Assembly: GCA_963749495.1 (NCBI GenBank)
Contig: CAVVMW010000021.1
Location: 896,001-960,000 of the forward strand
Origin: an uncultured bacterium
GTDB taxonomy: Bacteria; Verrucomicrobiota; Verrucomicrobiia; Limisphaerales; UBA8199
DNA length: 64,000 nt
Direction of reading: 5' to 3'
The notes under the pieces were generated by a model. The model did not search any database. It had not been told where the DNA came from and saw only the letters and a list, made by a program, of their open reading frames with translations. Below, piece by piece: positions 34,215 through 45,525 of this stretch. Both the position numbers and the translations under genes were made by a program. Numbering within the stretch: position 1 is the stretch's first letter; every line of letters begins with the position of its first letter.

Positions 34215-35689
34215 GGTTGGGGAGAGGGCGGGTTGGGGTCATAGGGACTCAAGTCGGCCGGGGGCAGGTCCAGTTCCAAGAGGTCCTGCCGGCGGGTCAG
34301 GTGCAAGGGCGAGGGCGCCACGGCGTGGCGCTCGCGTTGTTCCAACAGGTTGGCGATGTATTCGCAGCCGTACGCATCGAAGGTCAGGGCGTCCTGGAGG
34401 GCGCGGGCCACTTTATCGGGGCCGTAGAGTTGGCTCAACGCGACGATCTTTTGGATGTGATGGGGAGCGTTGAAGCGTTTTTCCCGGAGTTTACGGCCGT
34501 AGAGTTCGGCCTGCGGTCCCAGGCTCAGGAACGCTTGCAGGCAGGTTTGGTCGCGGGCGCGGTGACGCTGCGTCAGGAGTTCCTGGATATGGTCGGGGTT
34601 GCGGATGTCCTGGCGGCGGTCGTAGCCGCGCAGGTGGGTAGCGATCAGCTTTTCGTGGTGATAGCAGAGCACTTGGTCAGGATAGATTTTGAGGCTCAGT
34701 TGCTGGGAGGCATAGAGGTGAGGCACGGTGTAGCGATTGGTCTCAAAAACGACGCGGCAACAACTGTTGGCGCTGGTGGGCCGGACGACTCCGCAGTCAT
34801 AAGGACGGAGCGGCAGGGCTTTGAGCAGGGGCTTTTCCTGAGCAAACCGTTCCAGGGGTTTGACGTGGGTCTCGCCGTGGATACGCACGTTGGCCACGGT
34901 ATCCTGCCACTGCCGGGCGGCGGGATTGACGGCCTCGAAGGAGGGGATCTGCAAACCGCTCAGGAAGTTCTTTTTGACGTAGCCCACGCCATTTTCCACG
35001 CGCCCTTTTTCGTTCGCCTTTTTGACCTGGCAGGCGACGGGGACGAAGCCATGGTGGGCGGCGAAGTCCAGGTAGCGCGGGTTGAAACGGGCCGCAGCGC
35101 CCAGCGGATGTTCGAGCACCCCGACCTTGAGATTATCGATCATGACTTTAGCGGGGATGCCCCCGAAGAACTCGAAGGCATGGCGGTGGCAGGAGAGGAA
35201 CTGTTCCATGCCTTCGGAGAGGGTAAACTCCACATAGATGAGGCGGCTGAAGCACAGGACCATCACGAAGAAGCTCAAGCGCCGTCTGGTAGAGCCGACG
35301 GTGACGGAGCCGAAGCTGCCCCAATCGACCTGCGCGCATTCCCCCGGAGCAAACTCCAGCGTCAGGAAGGCGGGTTTGCGCATCGGGCGCACCAGGCGGA
35401 CAAACTCCTTGAGGATGCTGTAACCGCCAGCGTAGCCCTGGGGTTTGAGTTCCTGGAGGATTTGCTGAGCGCTGTAAGGATGACGTTCCAGCAGGCCAAC
35501 AATCCGGCCCTTGAACGCGTCGAGCTTACTGGGGCGTTTGCCGCCTCGGCGTTGGTGATAGCTGGTCTGCTCCGCCCACTTGGCGACGGTTTTGGGGTCC
35601 AGTTGAAGTTCCACCGCAACCTGGGCGGCAGTGAGATGCTTTTCATCCAAGAGCACTCGAAGCTGGCAGAAGGTGGGGTAATCGATCAT
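34211..35689 (-). CDS. istA: IS21 DDE transposase
   Basis: N-terminal HTH, AQVDWG, IDNLK, EKGRVE, NRYTVP; ATGA overlaps with both neighbouring genes. Confidence 0.95.
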   Translation of the reverse strand: MIDYPTFCQLRVLLDEKHLTAAQVAVELQLDPKTVAKWAEQTSYHQRRGGKRPSKLDAFKGRIVGLLERHPYSAQQILQELKPQGYAGGYSILKEFVRLVRPMRKPAFLTLEFAPGECAQVDWGSFGSVTVGSTRRRLSFFVMVLCFSRLIYVEFTLSEGMEQFLSCHRHAFEFFGGIPAKVMIDNLKVGVLEHPLGAAARFNPRYLDFAAHHGFVPVACQVKKANEKGRVENGVGYVKKNFLSGLQIPSFEAVNPAARQWQDTVANVRIHGETHVKPLERFAQEKPLLKALPLRPYDCGVVRPTSANSCCRVVFETNRYTVPHLYASQQLSLKIYPDQVLCYHHEKLIATHLRGYDRRQDIRNPDHIQELLTQRHRARDQTCLQAFLSLGPQAELYGRKLREKRFNAPHHIQKIVALSQLYGPDKVARALQDALTFDAYGCEYIANLLEQRERHAVAPSPLHLTRRQDLLELDLPPADLSPYDPNPPSPQP

Positions 35690-36087
35690 GGCCGACCTCC
35701 CGCCAAGGCCCGGCGCAGGATGTCGCCCACGCACTGAGCTTGCTCGCTGCGAGGTGCGTCCGGGGCCACCGGCTCGGAGGAGACCTCCGGCAGGGCCAGC
35801 ACCTGGTAGAGAGGTTTTTGATAGGCGATGAGCCCGGCCCGCTCCAATTGCTGACGCGCTGAGGCCAGTTCCAACGGATCCAGCTTGAGCTGCCGCCCCA
35901 GGGCCGCCTCGGAGTAGTAACTCAGGCCTTGGGCGTCGCCGACAGTGACCAGGAACAGGTAGAGAGCCCAGGCCCGGTGGTCGCAGGTTTTCAGATGGTG
36001 GTGACGAATCAACCGGTGGTCCACCCAGCTAAAACTGCTGGGGACCTCACGGAGCCGATTGGGTCGGAGGAGACGTTTGATGATCAT
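35686..36087 (-). CDS. Winged-HTH-like accessory protein inside the IS21 element
   Basis: FSWVDHRL, LYLFLVTVGDAQGLSYYS, L...GLIAY; translationally coupled to istA. Confidence 0.75.
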   Translation of the reverse strand: MIIKRLLRPNRLREVPSSFSWVDHRLIRHHHLKTCDHRAWALYLFLVTVGDAQGLSYYSEAALGRQLKLDPLELASARQQLERAGLIAYQKPLYQVLALPEVSSEPVAPDAPRSEQAQCVGDILRRALAGGRP

Positions 36088-36594
36088 AATCAGAACATGG
36101 TTTTTCGTTGCGTTGCTCTGGAAGCACCCGCCCCAGAATGATGCAACCCTGTTCTATCAGGCGGCGGATCAAAGGCTGGATGTCATCTTGTAACGTACTG
36201 CCCGCAAACATCGAGAGCAGTCCGATAAACGCGGGCTCCTGTGCCAGGCAGAAATCTTGTAACGTACGGGCAGAGGTCTCGGTACGTTACGAGATGTCTG
36301 CTCGGGGTTAACCGCTTCTGCCTCAATTGGTTGAGTGCCTTCAGACGCAGGGGTTTTCCGCTTCCAATACCCTGGATGAGCCTTGCGCCAAGCCCGCACC
36401 CGGTCGGTGCCTTCGCCCTGCCGAAAGTGCGAAAGATTTTTGGGTTGGCGATACCAGCGCCGCTGGCTGGCGAGCTTGCTGGCCCGGCGGCAATCCGGTT
36501 TTTCGCAGTAGCGTTGATGCTTCCGGTTCCGGTAATCCGGGAAGAAAAACGCGTTGCAACACTGGCACTTACGTCGCTTGGACTTTGGGCTCAT
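36047..36594 (-). CDS. Cys-rich (putative Zn-finger) accessory protein inside the IS21 element (one frameshift)
   Basis: CQCC...QRYC...C motif and RVRAWRKAHPGYW; a shift near 36270 continues into FIGLLSMFAGSTLQDDI. Confidence 0.7.
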
Positions 36595-36804
36595 CGCGCC
36601 CCAACAGCAACACAGCCGCCGAGCGGATCAAAACAAAACAATCGGCCCGAAGAAGAACCAAGGCGAAGAAGCAAGAAGAGCTCTCAGGAGAATAGCCGGA
36701 AGAAAAGACCAGGGAAGAAGAAGGGAATTTCAAACCAGCGGTTTTCCGGGAATATCACTCCGCCGCTGGCAAAAACGGACCATACCAGCAGAACCACAAC
36801 AAAA

Positions 36805-36834
36805 ACGGGCCTAAAACACTGGTTTTAGGCCCGT
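36805..36834 (-). terminator. Hairpin downstream of the tRNA fragment
   Basis: acgggcctaaaac-actg-gttttaggcccgt, followed by a T-run on the minus strand. Confidence 0.55.
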
Positions 36835-36838
36835 AAAT

Positions 36839-36891
36839 TGGTTGCGGGGGCTGGATTTGAACCAGCAACCTTCAGGTTATGAGCCTGACGA
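36839..36891 (-). tRNA. 3' fragment of tRNA-Met(CAT), initiator-like; probable att site
   Basis: Minus strand reads TCGTCAGGCTCATAACCTGAAGGTTGCTGGTTCAAATCCAGCCCCCGCAACCA (anticodon arm, T arm, CCA). The 5' acceptor strand and D arm are missing. Confidence 0.85.
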
Positions 36892-38781
36892 AGGAGGAGA
36901 CTAAAGACGAGCCTAAAGGGCTTTAGTCCAACCATTTACGTCAATTTCGCCTCACACCCCCAGACAGCGTGTAGCAAGATTGTAGCAAGGCTTGGCGGGG
37001 CTTTCTTGAAGGGGCCTGCAAAACCTCGTCACGGCAGTGGTTCTGTATTCTGGCTTGAGTGCATCTCTTGGGAGTGAGGCCAACCTCAACACCTCTGGGG
37101 AAAGAGGTGCCGTCTCTCCAGCATCAGGCCCGCCTTGGCTCCGCTGCTGCCGTTCGGCCCCGCTGCGGCCATCCCCGTCCTCTGGCGCATCTTTTTCCAG
37201 CGTTGGTTCGAAAAGGACCCGGCAGGAGCTGTCAGCGGCGCAACCGAACTGCCTGTGGAAGCCGCCGTGCTGGCAGGCCATGTCTCGCAGTGGGGAGCGG
37301 CCGATCCGAAATCTGCCGTAGCCTGCCGTAGCCTGGGCTGGGGGCCTTTCGTCTGTGCAGGCGCGCAACTGATTGACGCAATGAACTCCTGTGGGGTGGG
37401 CAGGCAAGGACCGATGTGCGCGGTCGGATACGCCCTCGCCACGGGATCACGCCCCTTGCGGACCGCGAGGCTCATCGCGATCGCCAACGCCCGCACCCTG
37501 CTCCTGGCATGCACTGGGAAGGAGCCAGAGGCCCTGGAGATCTACCAGCGCAACATCGCCGCCGCCCACCCAAAAGCACCGGGTCACCACCAGCCTGAGG
37601 CGCGCCAGGGGGAGGGGATGGCGTCGTGAGATCTCCAGGCCAGGAATTCAATTGGAGGAAGTTAGGGCATCATTCATGCGCCGGAGCTGGAGGTAGAAGA
37701 TCGCCGAACGCAAAAACAGCATGACTGAAGACGAATACGGGCCTTGTGACGACTCAGACTCCGAGCGAGAAGGACTATGGGCCTTCAAGAGACCCGAACC
37801 AATGAGCAATCCGCCCGTTCTTGTTGTCAGCGCCCCCGGCGATAACTCGAGAACGGAAAAGCGGCTGGAGGCGCCAAAATCCGACAATACAACTCCGCTG
37901 CCGATGGCCGCGATGAGGCCAAGGTATGGCACATCTCGCTCAGGGATTCAGATGGCTAGATGCTTCGTCTGGGCGGCGGCGTGGGGGGGGTGGAGGCGCT
38001 CACAACCTGCGCTCAAACTCTGCCCAGGCCAGTTCGCATTGCCATCATACAAGGCCTTCGCTCCTGAAGACCGCTCACCGATGCCTCCACCTGGCGACAT
38101 TCGCACGCGCTGGATCGGGAAACCCCTCGTCGAAAATGAGCCGAGCGACTGATAGCAGGTCTCGGAGCCCGAGACGGGAGCCATCCACGGCACCCTCCGG
38201 TCCGTCGGTTTTGGCAAATCAGCAATTGGCTGTGCGGTCACCCTTCAACCTGCCCAGCAGCCCGCCACCCCGAGCGACCAGCACCACCAATCGCGCCTCT
38301 TCGATCCCGAGGAACTCGAACACGCGCTCGCTGCCTGAGGCCCAAAGTCCAACAGCGTCACTCAATCAGGGCTGCGCCAAAACAACGTTGCTAGCCAAAC
38401 AACAGAACATGAATGAAAACACACATGGGAATAGACGCGGGTTCACCGGCGCGATAGCGGCGGTCCACCCGGATGGCAGGCTGGACATCCCGACCAACCT
38501 GGCATTCATCCGGCAAATCGCCCAGCGCTCCGGCGTTCTGGCGGGTGGCGCTGACCCTCTGCGGGTCCCTGGCAGCGGCACCGAGCCGCGGGCGCGGCTC
38601 TTCCTCCAGCAGCGCTATCCCAGTGTGACTCTCGAGGAGTTCGAACGCCGGACCGAAGTCGAAGGTACGCGCAACGCCAGGTGCATCCCGCCATGGACCC
38701 GCTCCAAGATGCGCTGATCCCATATGAATCAGGCCAGAGACACAGTGCCGCACAATCTCAACCGAAGCCCCGAATAAACCA

Positions 38782-40063
38782 AATGAATACTAATAATACG
38801 TCGGAACAGCCCCTCGCCCCTGATCCTGAGGCAGGAGCCATAATGCAAACCGCCCAGATGGCCCTGCAGAGGGGTGACCATGTCCGCGCCGAGGAGCTGG
38901 CGCGGCGCGCCGTCGCCCTCCTCCCTGCCAGCGCCGCCGCCCACAACCTGCTCGCGGGGGTTCTCGACAAGATCGGCCGCACTGAAAAGTCGCTCGCCGA
39001 ATTGCGCAAGGCCATTGAGGCCGGGCCGGACGACCCGATTCTCCAGTGCAACCTGGCCATTGTCCTGCACAACCACGGGCGCGCAGAGGAGTCGCTGCGG
39101 GCCCTGCAGCAGTTCTTTTCCCATCCGGCTCGCACCAACCCGATTCATGCAGCCCTCTTCAGCCGGGCTGCGGAGCTGCATTTCGAGGTCCAGATGGCCC
39201 TGGCGCAAGCGCGCTCCGCCGAGGTCGGCACGGCGCTTCAGGACCTGGGCCGCTGGATCGAAAGCGCGTCCGGTTATCCCGTTCATGTCCAGATGGAGGC
39301 CCTTTCGCCAGCGGCGGTGGGTTGTGTCTCCGTTGCGCCTTTCTCCGGTCGGGACTACCACCTGATCCGTTGCAGCTCTCAGCTACCTCCGGTTATCCGT
39401 CCGCACGTGATCGCACACGAACTGGCGCACGTCCGCCTGGAATTGGAAGCCGCCGGTCTCGGCAAGGCCAGGCGCTTCTTCAGCAGCGACCGGACGCGGG
39501 AATTCCTGTCCGGTTTCTACGTCCAGGCGAAGGAACGCCTCCGCAGAAAGGGCTGGCAACCCGACGCCATCGAGAAGACGGTGACTGAGGATGCAGCTTA
39601 TGTGCAAGCTGTCCTGCTGAACCGTCCCCTGGATATGGTCGTTGAAACCTGGATCCGCCGGCACATCCCGTGCCTCTCCGCCGCCCAGTTCCTTGGGTTC
39701 AATTTCAACCGCGACTTGGACCGGGCCCTGATCCTCACCCCCACCGAGATCCTCTCCAGCACCGAGTCGATCAGACCGCTGGTGTTGCGCCGCAGTTGTC
39801 TGGCCCTCGATTGCGCGCGCAACCTGATGCAGGATTCCTTTTTCCCGGGCGTGACGGATTTTGCCCGGGTTTACCTTGACACGGAGGTGTTCCCATTGGC
39901 GCAGCAATTGTGGCAGCATTGGCTAGCCGTCTTGCCTTCCTTAGGGTCTGGCGACAGGTTCGCGCTGATCGAGGCGTTTGCTAGCATTCTTGGGCTAAGC
40001 CAGGCTTATGAATCCGAATCAGCTTCCCTGGTCGTGCCGCCCGCTCACCCGCCTCGAACTTGA
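38782..40063 (+). CDS. TPR-repeat protein with HExxH (putative zinc metallopeptidase) domain
   Basis: About 3 TPRs (AAAHNLLAGVL, LQCNLAIVL) and HVIAHELAH; start codon uncertain. Confidence 0.7.
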
Positions 40064-40302
40064 TCCCGTTCAGTCCCCATCCAGTTCAGAAACGCAGCCG
40101 GACACATGAGAAAGCCAAATCGCACCAATCACCTGGGCTCTGTGGATCAAACCAAGCGGCGACTCCGGCAGGATGGCACAGCGGCGGAACATTTCGGGTC
40201 CCGGGCGTTGGCCCTGACCCCTGTGGGTAGCGAATAGTCCATAATGGCTGATACGCTTGATACGCCTTGATTTTGCGCCGCCATGCGGATCCTGATCCTC
40301 TC

Positions 40303-40975
40303 ATGTTCGCCCTCGTTCTAACCGTCCTGCGCACCTTGCATTGCGCCTGCCGTTCTCGATCTCAAATCCTGCTCGAAAACCTTGCTCTCCGGCACCAACT
40401 CTCAGTTCTCCAACGCACCGCGCCCAAGCCTCGCTTCACGAACTCGGACCGGGTTCTTTGGCTTGTGCTCCGGCACCTCCTGTGTACTTGGCGAGAGGCG
40501 CTGGTCCTGGTCCAGCCCCAGACCGTGATCCAGTGGCCACCACTTGGGCTTCCGCCTGTTCTGGCGTTGGAAATGCCGGACCCGTGCCGGTCGCCCTTGT
40601 CTGGACCACCAACGGGTATGGTCCAGAAATCCATCCGACCATGTCGAAACCTGGCCGGCATGTTGCACTCGCCCCTGCCCTGCCCTGCCGGCATACTCGG
40701 AGCCGTGTTCCAGCCCCCTCAGCCTTCAGCCAACTCGCTCCTGACCAAAGTTCAGCGCCTCTTTAATCGGGACCTCGCTTTGCAGAACGATTACCTGCGG
40801 CAAGAAAACCGCATCCTGCGTAGCAAATTGGGCGCCCGCGTGCCGCTGACCGAGGCGGACCGACGCGTCCTGGTCAAATACGGCCTTCGCATCAAGCCGC
40901 GACTGGCCCAGGTCGTGTCCATCGTCCGACCCGAAACGCTGCTGGCCTGGAACCGCCCGCCAGAAACAGAAGAAA
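40303..40975 (+). pseudogene. Two fused N-terminal remnants of integrase-core-domain (DDE) transposases
   Basis: LLENLALRHQL...LVQPQTVIQW and YLRQENRILR...IVRPETLLAW; both lack the catalytic core. Confidence 0.7.
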
Positions 40976-40984
40976 TGGTCGTTC

Positions 40985-41754
40985 TCCAATGCGCCAACGT
41001 GATTGCCTCGGCATTTTCGGTCTTGGTTTCACAGTCCCGGGCCAGCCTTCGCTGCTTCATGAACCAGCCGAAGGTCCGCTCAACGACCCAGCGCTTGGGC
41101 TGGACCTGAAAGCCTTGTTGCCCCTTGTTGCCCTGCCAGTCCAGAGACAAACTCCAGGTGCAATCGGCCACGGGGCCGCAGGGCCTTGACCCAATTCACG
41201 AAGAGTCCACGGTAGATCGAATCGGCCCAGATGACCGCCAGTCGCACCCAATCCATGAAGCAGTCGGCCAGCAATTCGACCGCCCCATCGGTATCGGTGA
41301 TGTTGCCCGGGGTAACCGTCACCGCCAGCAACAGCCCGAGTGTGTCCACCAGCACGTGTCGTTTCCGACCGTTGATCTTCTTGGCCGCATCGTAACCTCG
41401 CGGCCCACTGTGGTCCGCCGAGCGCACGGTTTGACTGTCCAGGATGGCGGTGGAGGGCTGCGGACGCCGATCTGCTTGGCGCCAAACCATCCGGCGCAAC
41501 TCCTTGTGAATGCGCTTCCACGGGCCCAAATGGCGCCAGTTGCGCAGATAGCCGTAAACCGTCTCCCAGGGGCCGAACTCTCTGGGCAGCAACCGCCAGG
41601 CACAACCGGCTCGCACAAAATAGAACAGGCCGTTGAGGATGAAACGGCGGTCTTTGGGAGGGCGCCCTCTCTTCTTGGCCTTGGGGAGCAGGGGGTTAAG
41701 CAGCTCCCATTGCTCGTCGGTCAAATCCGTCGGATACAAATAACTCTTTAGCAT
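40985..41754 (-). pseudogene. IS5-family transposase (frameshifted, 3'-truncated)
   Basis: YPTDLTDEQW, GCAWRLLP, ILDSQTV, GYDAAKKINGRKRH, WADSIY, RWVVERTFGW. A possible left end lies at ~42104-42122. Confidence 0.85.
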
Positions 41755-42236
41755 CCTGCCAGGCTGCGAGAGGCGCCTGGACAAACGCTGTCCTACCCAC
41801 AAGGTAGTTTGACTGCCTCCCAAGAACGGCATCTACCTCCGAAAACCCAGGAATCTCCTTATCCCCTTCCGTCTAGGGGCTTCCCGGCAAAATCCCTGTG
41901 GGTTCTTTCACTCTGGCCGCAAGCAATCGATGGCCGACTAATCCAGTCACACGCCCCCAAGAGGCCGTTGGGAGCGACCTGACAGGAGGTTTTAGGAGCT
42001 GATTGCGGCTGTTAGTGCCACACAAGGCCACGGCGGCCCTCGACCACATCGGGAGGGGAAAGCCGCTAGAGTAAAGGGGATAAGCAAAACCCAGGAAAAT
42101 GCGTTTTTAAAACACGCTCTAAGGCGATTGCTCTTGCGCGAACGTCTTCAAACCTCACGGCCAGTTATCAGTCTTCATTCAATAAAGAGGAAACAGGGAC
42201 CGGAGGTTTCACGCCAACGACGGGCGCACTCCCGCC

Positions 42237-42905
42237 TCAACGTGGCGCCCGCAGAACCTCGATGGACGGAAACGGTTGATCCTTGCCGTAGGTCCGCCGC
42301 AGTCGCTCCACCCGCGCCCAGGTGGCGCGCCAGAACTCGGTCTCGGCATCCCACCGCGCCAGCGCACTACCCAACCGGCAGGGTGTGCTCTCCGCCAGCC
42401 AGGCCCGGCGATAGAGTCCGCGCAAGCCGGCGACCGCGTCCACCAGGTCCGCGAACATCCCGTGGTCTTGCGCGTTCATTTGATTGCTGATGTAAAGATT
42501 CACCAACGCCGGATCGGGGTTGGCCTTGAGTTCGCGGAAGTAACCGGCCCATTCGACCGCGTAGAGGTCCTCCATGCCCAGGTAATCGAACAGCCGTGCC
42601 GCCAGCAGGAGCGTCGGGAGCGTGGGCTCGCCCGGCATCGAGCGCAGCGCCCGGAGCGTCCGTTCCTCAGCGCTCTCGGCCAGCAGCCGCGCCGTGCGGC
42701 ACTCCGCCTGGTGCCGTTCCAGCCGTGCCAGGCGGCCCGGTTCGAGCGGGTCGGCCCAGAACCCGTGTTGGGTGCCGCTCTCGGCGATGCGCTCGAACAT
42801 CTCCTCGACCGTGGAGAGTTCCTCGAGCGCGGGCGCCACTTCGGCGGCGACTGCGGCGGGATAAACCAGGGCCGCGTAATCCGCGAAAAATCGGTTCGTG
42901 TCCAC
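42237..42905 (-). pseudogene. C-terminal remnant of a helical hydrolase-like protein (possibly GH20-associated)
   Basis: Well-formed coding frame whose upstream part is replaced by unrelated sequence; family assignment is tentative. Confidence 0.4.
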
Positions 42906-43844
42906 CGGCCCGAACTGCCAGCCGGGCCTACAAATCGCTGGGCGTCCTCAACACCGGCTGGACCCGGGAGGAAGCCGACCGGAATCGCACAATCCGCTAT
43001 CAGATAATAACTTGTAAAGGAAGAACACCAACGGAACGCTATGGCCACAAAAGTCCGTTGGATCGCTGGCCGAAGCGGCTTTTTTAAACAGCCGACAGAT
43101 GGCCTTTGAAAGGTGGGCAGGGCGATGAGTTGGCGGTTTTTCGGGGGCACTTTCTCAAAGCAGCCTTGAGGAGCCCGCAGTCCTTCGCGAACCGTTTTGT
43201 GATGCTCATGCAGCGCATGGGAGAGCGACTGGAGCCAAGGCTAGCGCAGAATCGACCGATGTTCGTCGGTTAGCGACTTGAACTGAAGGAGCTGAGCCAC
43301 GGCCCGGATCTCCGACTGGCAGCTCCACCCCTCAAGCCCCTCGGGGATGCGGCATCGGAGGCACACGCCGGACCGGAGGCATTTGTCCAATCCAATGACC
43401 AGGTCGGAGGTATTTGGAAGTCGGTCAGGGCGAGGGCCCGGGCCAGCAGGATAGCGCAGTTGAGCACGTTGCGGTCGTGGTCCTCTCAGATCCCTCGAAC
43501 AAGTTTTGCGCCCCTGCCACCCGCATTCCGCAATATCCGTCCAGCGGCCCGCATTGCCGGGTCATTCGGTCGGGCATTCACCGTCCTTCTTTCGTTTGGC
43601 GCGGTTTGGAATGGCGGCGTCCGACCGCATCCTCAAAGCGGCCCGCGGTGCTCCGCACCCACCGGAGTGCCCGTGGAGGTGCCTGCGAAGTGAGAGTTTT
43701 GCATGAGAGCCCTCGCCCGCCCGGGAACGTGTTTGTCACCACTGTAGCCTCGGCATGCGTAGCATTCTCATCCTGGCCGTGCTGCGCCTCGTCGATGGCC
43801 GGGACAAACCTCAGTGAGCAAAAGAAGAAAGGAGAACTAATGGT

Positions 43845-45523
43845 GACTGGTCAGCAGAATGTATGGGTAAGTCGAGGCTCAGGTAAGCGGCCAAGGCAAT
43901 GATACAGGGCCAATTCCATGGCTGGATAGGTGCGGAAGCCGTAAGATCGTCTGGTTACCACTCGAATCTTGTTGTTCAGGCCCTCGACGGCGGCGCTGGA
44001 GAGCTCACCTTTGGCCTCGAACCAATTCAAGATCAACGGCTCATGGGCGCGCAGCATCCGGGCCACCTTCTTCATTGGTTCGAGCCGGCTGCGCATGGCT
44101 CGAGCGCACCAATAACCCAGATAGGCCACCACATAGATCGGAGAACGGTAGTGCCAAAGGTAGTCGAAGCTCTCCTTGAGGTTCCAGGCCCGTGCCGTCG
44201 CCAGCTTGCTGGCCAACAGGGCGTTGAGCTTGGAGCGGGCACGGCCCCGCACCCGGCTGCCCCGGCGCAACAACTGCCAGCGCATGCCCTTGAGCCGCTG
44301 AGCCAGGGGCCGGCCGTGCAAGCGCGACTGCTCGCCCCGGCGCACCTCGTCCACCGCCTCGTTGAGGTGCCCCACGATATGAAAGCGGTCCAGCACGTTG
44401 AGCGCCTGCGGTATCTTGGCCGCGATCACCTTCAGGTAGGGCTTCCACATGTCGCTGCACACATACTTCAGAGCGCTGACCACCGGGGCTCCCAATTCTG
44501 CCAAGCCCCGCCGCAACGTGGCTTGAGTGCGCCGCCGACCCAGCCACAGCAAGCGCCGACAGTGGGGGTCAATCTGGTAAATCACCGTCAGGAAGTTGTC
44601 GGCCTTCTGGCCCTTGCCCCAATGGATCTCGTCCACTCCGATGGCCTCCACACCCTCCAGGCGCCGGTGCTCCAAACCCCATTGGACGAACCACTGCACC
44701 GAACGGTAGACGGCCTCCCAACTGGTGTGGAAGGCCTGGGCGGTTTCCTTCCAGGACAGCCGCCGGGCCCACCGGGCCAAGAGGCCCATCATCGCCGTCG
44801 TCACCGGCCGCTTGCCCTGGCTCCAGGGGATATGCTCGACGACCACCCCGTCCTGCGGACAATTGACCCGCCGCGGGGGGTAGAGGAAATAGGTCTTGAC
44901 GCCCCACATCGGCGGAAACAGCCAGGACCGCTGGGGCAACTGATCATAGCCGGGGACTGGCTGCAGGCACCGGGAGCACTTGGCGGGAATGCCGCCATGG
45001 GGTTGGAGGGTGATCTCGAGCCGCCGGCCACGGCCTCGGCGGTCCCGGCACAAGCGGATGTCCTGGTAAACGAAGCCCACAAAGTGTTGAATGTCGTTGA
45101 GAACCGTCTTAACCTTCAATTGCATAGCTGGTCTGCCGCTCGGTGGCGGGCGTGCTTTTCACATCTCGCAGGCTACCGCAAGCCAGGCAGATCAGCTATC
45201 GCTTTGTGGCGCTGGGCAGCCCTCCGAGCCAAGCACACCTTCACCAGCAATTCCTTAGCGGCGCATCATGGCGGAGGGCGGGGCTGTCAAGGTGGAGCGC
45301 AGCAGGGCACGAGGGCACGTGGCGAGCAATACCTTGACAGCCCCGCCCGGAGCCATACCCTGGCCGCGCCGGAATTGCTTGAAGTCCTTCTCCGGCCGTT
45401 AGGCCGCTCGATTCGTCGCGGAGCGTGCCGCGGGATGTTCCACGACCGCCCAACTCACCAACGTCAACCCTCCGAACTGAACACGTGTCCAGATGTTTCA
45501 CCCACAAATTGTGCGGGGGACCC
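43845..45523 (-). mobile_element. ISL3-family insertion sequence
   Basis: Imperfect 24-bp TIRs (gactggtcagcagaatgtatgggt / acccacaaattgtgcgggggaccc); 8-bp TSD CTAATGGT at 43837-43844 and 45524-45531. Confidence 0.9.
43851..45125 (-). CDS. ISL3 transposase
   Basis: Zn finger CSRC..CPQD, IGVDE, CSDMW, DRFH, EGLNNKIR..RRSYGFR. Confidence 0.95.
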   Translation of the reverse strand: MQLKVKTVLNDIQHFVGFVYQDIRLCRDRRGRGRRLEITLQPHGGIPAKCSRCLQPVPGYDQLPQRSWLFPPMWGVKTYFLYPPRRVNCPQDGVVVEHIPWSQGKRPVTTAMMGLLARWARRLSWKETAQAFHTSWEAVYRSVQWFVQWGLEHRRLEGVEAIGVDEIHWGKGQKADNFLTVIYQIDPHCRRLLWLGRRRTQATLRRGLAELGAPVVSALKYVCSDMWKPYLKVIAAKIPQALNVLDRFHIVGHLNEAVDEVRRGEQSRLHGRPLAQRLKGMRWQLLRRGSRVRGRARSKLNALLASKLATARAWNLKESFDYLWHYRSPIYVVAYLGYWCARAMRSRLEPMKKVARMLRAHEPLILNWFEAKGELSSAAVEGLNNKIRVVTRRSYGFRTYPAMELALYHCLGRLPEPRLTHTFC

Positions 45524-45525
45524 CT

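Larger units (their letters stand above)
33345..36771 (-). mobile_element. IS21-family element with four ORFs
   Basis: Ends TGTCAGCGGCGG / CCGCCGCTGGCA (imperfect TIR, TG..CA); 5-bp TSD AAAAC at 33340-33344 and 36772-36776. Confidence 0.9.

Noticed and set aside
33480..35737. Plus-strand 254-aa and 506-aa ORFs
   Set aside because: Antisense to istB and istA.
36839..36915. Complete tRNA-Met gene
   Set aside because: The 5' acceptor strand and D arm are absent; only the 3' 53 nt match.
36950..38720. Short ORFs between the tRNA fragment and the TPR gene
   Set aside because: Possibly degraded genes, but no frame or family could be supported by eye.
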